NCBI GenBank assembly: GCA_963740315.1
Contig: CAVUDP010000002.1
Coordinates: forward strand, 128,001 to 192,000
DNA from: an uncultured cyanobacterium
GTDB lineage: Bacteria > Cyanobacteriota > Cyanobacteriia > Cyanobacteriales > Nostocaceae
Direction: 5' to 3'
DNA length: 64,000 bases
Positions 10,845 to 19,006 of this stretch are shown here, one piece after another (positions within the stretch are counted from its first letter, which is position 1; each line of letters opens with the position of its first letter). The position numbers and the translations under genes were made by a program. Below the pieces are notes generated by a model. That model was not told the DNA's origin and did not search any database. It saw nothing but the letters and a program-made list of their open reading frames with translations.

Positions 10845-11354
10845 TTACGGATACTTTTCCATTCTCCGAAGTAAGGCCCACAATGAAATAGTACCATCAG
10901 GCATTATAGTATCCCAAATTACGTTCATGGCACGATAAATCATATCCTCAAGTGGTGGAGTAGCACCTCGAAAATCAGCACCAATCAAAATAGCAGATTC
11001 AAAAGGAGTGAGCATTGCACCACGAAAAACGGCATCAACAGCATTCATATGAGTTAAAACAGATCCAGTTAAATCAGCATTGGTCAAATTACATCTACAC
11101 AAATTAACGGAATACAAATTAGCATCCCGAACGATCGCATTATCCAACCGAGCTTCTATAAAAGATGCACCAAATAAATCTGCTCCACTCAAATCAGCAC
11201 TTCTCAAATCGGCGAAACTTAAATCGGCTCCACGCAAGTTGATATCCCGTAACATAGCACCTTCAAGATCAACTCCGTTACGTCCGCATTCTTTTTCTCT
11301 TATTACGAGTGCACCAGCAAAGTTTCTTTTTCCAGAAGTATATCTTTTCACCAA
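10845..11354 (-). CDS. Pentapeptide-repeat protein, possibly degenerate
   Basis: A(D/N)LxG repeats. The in-frame upstream sequence reads EITTEELVKRY, but the nearest ATG (11383) is out of frame, so the start may be frameshifted. Confidence 0.7.
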   Translation of the reverse strand: MVKRYTSGKRNFAGALVIREKECGRNGVDLEGAMLRDINLRGADLSFADLRSADLSGADLFGASFIEARLDNAIVRDANLYSVNLCRCNLTNADLTGSVLTHMNAVDAVFRGAMLTPFESAILIGADFRGATPPLEDMIYRAMNVIWDTIMPDGTISLWALLRRMEKYP

Positions 11355-11533
11355 CTCTTCTGTAGTAATTTCCTGTGCGCCATAATCAGTTTTTTAATTC
11401 TAGTATCGCTTACTCTTGTTAATTAATTATTGACTAACTGCATAAGTTGATTTTCTTGCACCTATATTGACATTGTATGGCGTTCCATCTAGTCGGAACC
11501 ATAAATTTCACTGTTAAACATAGGAGATGACGA

Positions 11534-14500
11534 ATGGCTAACAAAATTTATGCTTTACTTGTTGGTATTGATGAATATCATCCTCAATCAATAGGAGTGG
11601 GTTCACTAAAGGGTTGTGTTAATGATATTGAAGCAATTGAAACATACTTACGCAAGCGAATTGATACTGATAATAAATGGGAATTAGTTAAAAATTCTGT
11701 TGTTGATTGGAAGTTAACTAATGCACAAGCAACACGTCAAGCAGTGATTGACGGCTTTGAGCAACATCTAAGCCAAGCAGACGACAAAGATGTTGTATTC
11801 TTTTATTATGCCGGTCATGGCTCTCGTGAAACAGCACCAGATGTTTTTCTCGACCAAGAACGAGATGGTAAAATTGAAACTCTAGTTTGCTACGATAGTC
11901 GTACAGCAAATGGTCAAGACTTAGCAGATAAAGAATTAAACTATTTAATTGAGCAAGTAGCAAAAAATAATCCCCATATCTTAATTATTTTGGATTCTTG
12001 TCACTCCGGTACTGCAACAAGAGATCCAGAAGTTATCGAGCGTCAAACAAACACGAGTGGAAAGATAAGAGATTTAAAAGATTTTCTTTTTTACCAAGAT
12101 AACCCAGAATGGCTTGATTTGCGCTTAAGCGATACTTATAAATTACCCAAACATATTTTAATTTCTGCTTGTCGCGATTTTCAAACTGCGAAAGAGCATA
12201 CAGGTGCAGATGGTAAACGTCGTGGTGCTTTTTCTTACTTTTTAACTGAAGCTTTACAACGTACTAATGGTAGTTTATCTTATGCAAATTTAGTTCAAGA
12301 TATTAATGCTTTAATTACTGGTAAAGTTAACGATCAATCACCGCAAATAGAAGCAGCATCCGATGATTTAATCCAAACTTTCTTAGGAGGTGCAGCCGGG
12401 GAACGGATTAATTATTTTACCTTAAGTTATGACGAAAAAAACCATCATAATTGGGTGATTAACGGTGGTATTTTACATGGTATTCGTCCCACATCTGAAG
12501 GGGAGACTAGAATAGCTATTTTCCCTCAAGGAACTCAACCACAACAGTTACGAGAAATTGAAAATGCTATTTGCTCAGCTAGATTGATTCAAGTAAATAC
12601 AGAATTTAGTATAGTTGAAATAGAAGGCAATCGCACACAATTATCTCAAGATACACCTTATCAAGCAATTGTAACTCAGGTACCATTACCTAAGTTAAAG
12701 GTTTATTTTCAAGGTGATGATGGAGGAGTTGAAATAGCTCGTACAGAACTTGCCTTGATTAATGCTGGTAAACCTTCCTTATATGTTCGAGAAACGGAAT
12801 TATTGAATGATGCTAATTATTATTTAGAAGCTATTGAAGGGCAATTTTGGATTAAACAACCAAGCGATAAAAAGCCGTTAGTTGCACCTGTTCCAGAACT
12901 ACCACAGAGCCAAGAATATACACAAAAAGATGCAGAGACAATTATCAAACGTTTGGAGCATATTGCACGTTGGAAAAATATTTTAGAATTGAAAACTCCA
13001 CCTACTAGTCAGATTAAAGCTGGTGATGTAGAGATGGAAGTTATTGTTACTTCTGGAGAGAATCAATATTCTTCAAAAACAGAAACAACTGCTTTACAAG
13101 GAGAATATACTTGGAAAGGTAATAAATTTGACCCACCACGAATAGAAATCAAAGTTACCAACCATAGCGAAAATGACTTGTATTTTCAAGTAGTAGAATT
13201 AGCCGAAAGCTTCGCAATAGAAGTTCCTAGCTTTTTTGAAGAAAGGGGTAGTATTCGTATATCTAAAAAATCTAGTAATTCTGAAAGCTTTAATGGTAAA
13301 AGACAAAAACTAACAATTAATAGAAAGTATCTGGAACGCGGTATTAACGAGTACTATACGATTTTTAAATTAATTGTTAGTACCAGAGATTTCAATGCGA
13401 GTTTACTTGAGCAACCTGGATTAGATAATCCTCCACCAACAAATCGTTCCACAGGTTTATCAGGCACTCTCAACCGTTTGATGAATAAAGTTTATACTCG
13501 TGAAACTGAGCCTGAAGAAGACGAATATATCGATAACTGGATGACTCAAGAAGTTAAAGTTAATGTGGTAAAACCACCCGGTGGAGTAGAAATAAAAGAT
13601 TCTGTTTCTACCAATTTACTGACTGGTGTCGAGTTACAAGCACATCCCACTTTCAAAGGTAAATTTAGCATTAATCCCTTACCTCCTAGCAGTCGGAATG
13701 TTAATAGTAATATAGTTCCACCAATTTTCTTACAAGAGCAAACCGTTGTTCAACGTGATGGAAAGAGACTATCCGAACCATACAATTTTAATATGACTCG
13801 CGGTGGTAATGGTAATTTGAGTCTAATTGAAATTATTGATGTCCAAAATCACGAAAGTGTAACGCCAGAAAATCCAATTAAAATATCAGTTGATAAGCCA
13901 TTATCATCAGATGAACGTATTTTACCCATTGCTTATGATGGAGAATTTTTCTTACCTTTGGGTAAAGCTACAACGGTAAATGGTAAGACAGAAATTACTA
14001 TCGAACGTTTACCACAACCAACTGTCGATAGTCGCAGTTTACAAGGCTCAATTAAAATACTTTTCCAAAAAGTTGTTTACGAAAGTGCTGGTAAACGATT
14101 GGGGATGAATTTTGATTATCCACTTTTAAGAATTGCAAATGTCTCCGAAAGTGGAAGGGTAACATATAATATTAACGCGAATGAAATTAAAACCAAAGTT
14201 GCTGAAGCTAATAAGATTTTACTTTATATTCACGGTATTATTGGCGATACAGAAAGTTTACTTCCTAGCATCCAATCGGCTAGCTTAGCAGATAAATATG
14301 ATTTAGTTCTCGCTTTTGACTACGAAAATCTCAACACGACAATTCAAGGAAACGCCAAACTACTCAAGGAAAGATTAGAGGAAGTTGGAATAAGTGCAAA
14401 TCATGGTAAACAATTACATATCGTTGCTCATTCAATGGGTGGTTTAATCTCTCGTGTCTTTATTGAAGAAGAAGGTGGAAATCAAATTGTCCAACATTTA

Positions 14501-15031
14501 GTCATGTTGGGTACACCTAACGCTGGCTCTCCCTGGGCTAAAATTCAAGATTGGGCTTTTACTGCTCTTGGTATCGGGTTAAATCAACTTTCTACCGTAG
14601 TTTGGCCAGCAAATATTGTTGCTGGATTGCTGGCATTTTTGGAAGCTAATGATAAGGCTTCCGAGCAAATGAATACCCAAAGCAATTTTATCCAAAGTAT
14701 CGCTAAAAATCCTGACCCTAACGTGCAGTATACGATTATTGCTGGCGATCGCTCTATTACTCCTGAAGCATTTACTGAATCTGCAAACTCTAGTAAAATA
14801 CAGCGACTGATGGGGAAATTATTTGGTAGTGCTGTAGATAATGTCGTAGATAAAGTGTTTTTCCAACAACCAAACGATATTGCAGTCACCTTGGAAAGCA
14901 TTAAAAGTATTAGTTTAAAGCGAAATCCCCAACCAATAATTATATCACCAGTTGGTTGCGATCATAATTCCTATTTCACCACTCAAGCTGGTTTAGATGC
15001 TTTAGTTAAAGCGCTGGGTGGCGATTTGTAA
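11534..15031 (+). CDS. Caspase-like (C14) peptidase fused to a C-terminal alpha/beta hydrolase
   Basis: ALLVGID, YYAGHGS and ILDSCHSG (His/Cys dyad); C-terminal YIHGIIGDT, VAHSMGG, LGTPNAGS and DHNSYF. Confidence 0.88.
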   Translation: MANKIYALLVGIDEYHPQSIGVGSLKGCVNDIEAIETYLRKRIDTDNKWELVKNSVVDWKLTNAQATRQAVIDGFEQHLSQADDKDVVFFYYAGHGSRETAPDVFLDQERDGKIETLVCYDSRTANGQDLADKELNYLIEQVAKNNPHILIILDSCHSGTATRDPEVIERQTNTSGKIRDLKDFLFYQDNPEWLDLRLSDTYKLPKHILISACRDFQTAKEHTGADGKRRGAFSYFLTEALQRTNGSLSYANLVQDINALITGKVNDQSPQIEAASDDLIQTFLGGAAGERINYFTLSYDEKNHHNWVINGGILHGIRPTSEGETRIAIFPQGTQPQQLREIENAICSARLIQVNTEFSIVEIEGNRTQLSQDTPYQAIVTQVPLPKLKVYFQGDDGGVEIARTELALINAGKPSLYVRETELLNDANYYLEAIEGQFWIKQPSDKKPLVAPVPELPQSQEYTQKDAETIIKRLEHIARWKNILELKTPPTSQIKAGDVEMEVIVTSGENQYSSKTETTALQGEYTWKGNKFDPPRIEIKVTNHSENDLYFQVVELAESFAIEVPSFFEERGSIRISKKSSNSESFNGKRQKLTINRKYLERGINEYYTIFKLIVSTRDFNASLLEQPGLDNPPPTNRSTGLSGTLNRLMNKVYTRETEPEEDEYIDNWMTQEVKVNVVKPPGGVEIKDSVSTNLLTGVELQAHPTFKGKFSINPLPPSSRNVNSNIVPPIFLQEQTVVQRDGKRLSEPYNFNMTRGGNGNLSLIEIIDVQNHESVTPENPIKISVDKPLSSDERILPIAYDGEFFLPLGKATTVNGKTEITIERLPQPTVDSRSLQGSIKILFQKVVYESAGKRLGMNFDYPLLRIANVSESGRVTYNINANEIKTKVAEANKILLYIHGIIGDTESLLPSIQSASLADKYDLVLAFDYENLNTTIQGNAKLLKERLEEVGISANHGKQLHIVAHSMGGLISRVFIEEEGGNQIVQHLVMLGTPNAGSPWAKIQDWAFTALGIGLNQLSTVVWPANIVAGLLAFLEANDKASEQMNTQSNFIQSIAKNPDPNVQYTIIAGDRSITPEAFTESANSSKIQRLMGKLFGSAVDNVVDKVFFQQPNDIAVTLESIKSISLKRNPQPIIISPVGCDHNSYFTTQAGLDALVKALGGDL

Positions 15032-15184
15032 ATAAATAGTCGTAGCGACATCATGGGTAGATGTCGCTATGTTTCTTGTGATGGTTAATTATGGTCGGAT
15101 AACTTATAAAGGATAATTCCGGACATTGTATAATTATTATTGAGATGTAATTGTTAATTTTTAATTTATCAAATATTAGAATTT

Positions 15185-17290
15185 ATGTCGCTGACAGAAG
15201 AAGAACTATTTTCATTACGTGATGCAATACATCAAGCTTTTGTAAAACCAGATGATTTGACAGATTTTTTCAATGAAAATGAAGATTTAAACGGGAATTT
15301 AATATTAAAAATTAATTATGAAAATAAGAATTTACTCTATGACACATATTTAAACAAATTTAATATATATAATAATAAAGATTATGACAAATATAGATTA
15401 TTGACTTTAGAAACATATGATACTAAAGGTATAAATTTTGAAGAAGAAGTAAAGAGCATAATTTTTCAAACTAATAATAATAACCTTATTGAGTACGATC
15501 CCGATCAACATATTATAGTAAAAGATTCTTTCCAATTCCAGCAAGCAATCAGCAACAATTATCAAATATGTCATCTTTTTGGTCATGGAAGTAATGGAAT
15601 TGTATTGACAGAAAAAGAAAGAATAGAACCAGAACAATTAGAAGCATGGTTACAAAATAAAGATAATTGTCAATGTTTTATTTTGAATATTTGTGATTCC
15701 CAAATAATCGCTGAGCGAATTAGCAAGTATGTTGACTATGCAATTGGTATGACTTACAGAATAAATGATGATGTAGCAATAAAATTTGCTAAAGGGTTTT
15801 ATTTGGGATTAAAAAATGGTATTGATAATAATCAAGATATGTTCTTGAGAGGTTTTAGAGATGCTATAGATGCTATTGTAGGAGACAAGAATTCGCAATA
15901 CAATATACCAGTTTTATATATAAGCTACAAAAGAGCAATTTTAAACTTAATTAAACAATTAGATGCTGACAATAAAATAGAAGATTTTCTCAGGAAATTA
16001 CACTCAAAATTATTACAACATCATAGATTCATTAAAATTTATAATAAATATACATATTCCATAAAACAACCTTACTTAAACAGACTTGCAGAGATTATTG
16101 TTAATGAAATAAATAATAATAATTGGAATTTAGTTCAAAGTGCTTACAGAGAAACTTTACCAGAGAATGCGACGGTAGATAATAGTAAACTCAACAATCC
16201 TCAAAATATAAATAATATTATAGATATCTTACGCGAAAAGTATCCATTTGTACGCGGTAATGTTCCAAGTATTTTAGAATTTAGTAAAAATCTAGCTAGT
16301 AAATTTGCAGAAAATAGTCAAGAATATCCAAGAATAAAATCTTGGGTTGCAGAAATATCGTCAAAATTAAATATCTCAATAGACGTACAGCCTAAAATTG
16401 AATCTAGCCTAACAACAAACCCAAAAACTTGTTTGTTAATCATAATTTCTCCGGAAGAAGCTAATTTTCGTCTAAAAGCAGAATATATTTTAGATGAAAA
16501 TCAAAAATCTCCACCGCTACCTTTTGATTTTCAAAAGCAAGCAAATACTGATTATGAAACTGAGAATGGTGTTATATGTTCAGAGAAAGAAATACCTTCA
16601 GTACTAGAAAAAATAATTAATAGTTTTATGTCTCGTTTTAAAAAAAATATAAATATATTGAAACCAATTATTGAGATATTTTTACCATATAAGTATATAG
16701 GAAAAAATTTAGACCATGAGTGGCGTATTCAAGATGATAATCAAGACAAAATTGCTATCGTGCAAGAATATAATATAATATTTTATCCTTTAGAACGTTG
16801 TACGGGCAATAATTCTTATTTCAGCTTTAAAGAAAGTTGGTTAAAATTTAAAACTCTTTTAGAAAGCGATGCCGATCCAAAATCGATTGTTGCAGGTTTT
16901 GAAATAATTCAGACAGTGAATAAAAATTACAGAATATTAGGTAAATGTTTAAAGGAAAAAATAGGTGTAAAATTAATGTCTCCTTTCCCTCTAAAAGAAA
17001 AAGAACAAGAATATTTTTGGAGAGCAGTTTTGAGTGGAGGAACACCTCTTGCTTTTTGGACAAGATATCATCCCCAAAAGCAGATGAATTTAGATGATAT
17101 AGATACTTATTTAGCTAAAGAATATTTAGAAAACGATTTTACAAAATTAATTGAGGAAATCTGGAATCTTCGTCAAAATGCTTACAATGATGAAGAAAAT
17201 CAGGAAGATGAATTAGGTTATCATCTGGGTTTTCTGTGCGATAATCTAAACCGAATTCAAAGAAGTAGGCTTTTACAATCATTCCTATAA
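15185..17290 (+). CDS. vWA-MoxR-associated protein (VMAP) with internal CHAT-like segment
   Basis: C-terminal IEIFLP...EW...YNIIFYPLER, GTPLAFWTR and GYHLGFLCDNLNR resemble VMAP-C. HLFGHG and ILNICDS form a CHAT-like segment. Lies immediately upstream of MoxR. Confidence 0.72.
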   Translation: MSLTEEELFSLRDAIHQAFVKPDDLTDFFNENEDLNGNLILKINYENKNLLYDTYLNKFNIYNNKDYDKYRLLTLETYDTKGINFEEEVKSIIFQTNNNNLIEYDPDQHIIVKDSFQFQQAISNNYQICHLFGHGSNGIVLTEKERIEPEQLEAWLQNKDNCQCFILNICDSQIIAERISKYVDYAIGMTYRINDDVAIKFAKGFYLGLKNGIDNNQDMFLRGFRDAIDAIVGDKNSQYNIPVLYISYKRAILNLIKQLDADNKIEDFLRKLHSKLLQHHRFIKIYNKYTYSIKQPYLNRLAEIIVNEINNNNWNLVQSAYRETLPENATVDNSKLNNPQNINNIIDILREKYPFVRGNVPSILEFSKNLASKFAENSQEYPRIKSWVAEISSKLNISIDVQPKIESSLTTNPKTCLLIIISPEEANFRLKAEYILDENQKSPPLPFDFQKQANTDYETENGVICSEKEIPSVLEKIINSFMSRFKKNINILKPIIEIFLPYKYIGKNLDHEWRIQDDNQDKIAIVQEYNIIFYPLERCTGNNSYFSFKESWLKFKTLLESDADPKSIVAGFEIIQTVNKNYRILGKCLKEKIGVKLMSPFPLKEKEQEYFWRAVLSGGTPLAFWTRYHPQKQMNLDDIDTYLAKEYLENDFTKLIEEIWNLRQNAYNDEENQEDELGYHLGFLCDNLNRIQRSRLLQSFL

Positions 17291-17315
17291 TTGTTAAATA
17301 AAAAATTACAAAATT

Positions 17316-18440
17316 ATGACAAACTGGCAATTATTTCACGGTGATGGTACACGGCATTATAATTTAAATAACCGCAGAGACGCAGAGAACAAAAAGAAAT
17401 TAGAAAATAAAACTTTCCCCGCTCCTCCTCCTTGGAGAAAATTTCACGAGATTAACGATGAAGATGAAAAAAAAGAAGTTAATCGACGCTGGAATCAAAT
17501 TCAAGAATTAGCAGAATCAGAAGAAAACCAGCGGGGTAGAGAAAGAGGTGAAAAGTTCCGCATTCATGTAGAGAAAACATCTGGTGAAGACGAAATTACC
17601 GAAGCTGGGAAAGAAGTTCTTAATGCTGTCAATGCTGCTATATATTTAAGAAGACCTCTTTTAGTAACGGGTAATCCCGGATCTGGAAAAACTTCTCTAG
17701 CTTATGCGATCGCACATGAGTTAAATAATGGTTCTGTTCTCACTTGGGCTATTACCGCACGCTCGACGCTACTTGATGGGCTTTATCGTTATGATGCCAT
17801 CGGTAGATTACAAGATGCAGAGAAAAAAGAAGACCAATCTATCGGTGATTATATAACTTTAGGTGCTTTGGGAACTGCTTTTTTACCTTCTTTCTTACCT
17901 AGAGTTTTACTGATTGATGAAATTGATAAAAGCGATATTAATTTACCTAACGACTTATTGCATATTTTTGAAGAAGGTGGTTTTAAAATTCCCGAATTAG
18001 TTCGTAGAGTCAAAGATACTGCAAAAGAGACTAACGCCGAACAAGTTTTTACCGCAGATGCAGAAATTAAAGCTACAATTCATCGAGGAAAAGTCCGTTG
18101 TGCTGAGTTTCCCATTGTGGTAATGACTAGTAATGGCGAACGAGAATTTCCTCCGGCTTTTTTACGACGGTGTTTAAGAGTAATAATGCCAGATCCAAAA
18201 GGAGAAGCTCTCAAAAATATTGTCAAAGCTCATTTTGGGGAAGCAGCATTTAAGACTGAAAGTGATATATTTAAGTTAATTGAGGATTTTGAAGAAAAAC
18301 AAAAAGATGGCGATCGCGCAACCGATCAGTTATTAAACGCCATACATTTACTTACCAATCATATCAGCGCTGAAGATTTGGACAAAGACGGGTTAAGGGA
18401 TTTATTGTTCAAGAGTTTGTCGGTTAGTGAGGAATTATAG
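17316..18440 (+). CDS. MoxR-family AAA+ ATPase
   Basis: PPPWRKF, RRPLLVTGNPGSGKTS (Walker A), LLIDEIDK (Walker B), TSNGEREFPPAFLRRC and ATDQLLNA. Confidence 0.93.
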   Translation: MTNWQLFHGDGTRHYNLNNRRDAENKKKLENKTFPAPPPWRKFHEINDEDEKKEVNRRWNQIQELAESEENQRGRERGEKFRIHVEKTSGEDEITEAGKEVLNAVNAAIYLRRPLLVTGNPGSGKTSLAYAIAHELNNGSVLTWAITARSTLLDGLYRYDAIGRLQDAEKKEDQSIGDYITLGALGTAFLPSFLPRVLLIDEIDKSDINLPNDLLHIFEEGGFKIPELVRRVKDTAKETNAEQVFTADAEIKATIHRGKVRCAEFPIVVMTSNGEREFPPAFLRRCLRVIMPDPKGEALKNIVKAHFGEAAFKTESDIFKLIEDFEEKQKDGDRATDQLLNAIHLLTNHISAEDLDKDGLRDLLFKSLSVSEEL

Positions 18441-18537
18441 TTATACAAGAATTGCATCACTTTTTTTGAGTTTAAATTCCCACTCGTTAAGCCTAATAAA
18501 CCACCTTGAAATAAATTTCAAGGAACCCATATACCAA

Positions 18538-18933
18538 GTACGTTAAAACGCACTAAAATCCTTACTCAGTCTGATTTATCAGACTTTGTATTTTAGCCTG
18601 GGAATTTATTCCAAGGCGGTTGTTGAGCTTGGGGTGCAAGATGTACGTTAAAACGCACTAAAATCCTTACTCAGTCTGATTTATCAGACTTTGTATTTTA
18701 GCCTGGGAATTTATTCCAAGGCGGTTGTTGAGCTTGGGGTGCAAGATGTACGTTAAAACGCACTAAAATCTTTACCCAGTCTGATTTATCAGACTTTGTA
18801 TTTTAGCCTGGGAATTTATTCCAAGGCGGTTGTTGAGCTTGGGGTGCAAGATGTACGTTAAAACGCACTAAAATCTTTACCCAGTCTGATTTATCAGACT
18901 TTGTATTTTAGCCTGGGAATTTATTCCAAGGCG
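18538..18933. repeat. 105-bp tandem repeat, ~3.75 near-identical copies
   Basis: CGTTAAAACGCAC recurs at 18541, 18646, 18751 and 18856. Each unit has the hairpin AGTCTGA-TTTA-TCAGACT and CCTGGGAATTTATTCCAAGG. Confidence 0.95.
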
Positions 18934-19006
18934 ATTATTAATAATTTTGCCAGATAAATCTATAGGAATGATATTATCAAAGAGGTTTTGGTAACGGGTG
19001 TAAACA

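Noticed and set aside
18538..18933. CRISPR array
   Set aside because: Units repeat in full with no unique spacers, and no cas genes are present.
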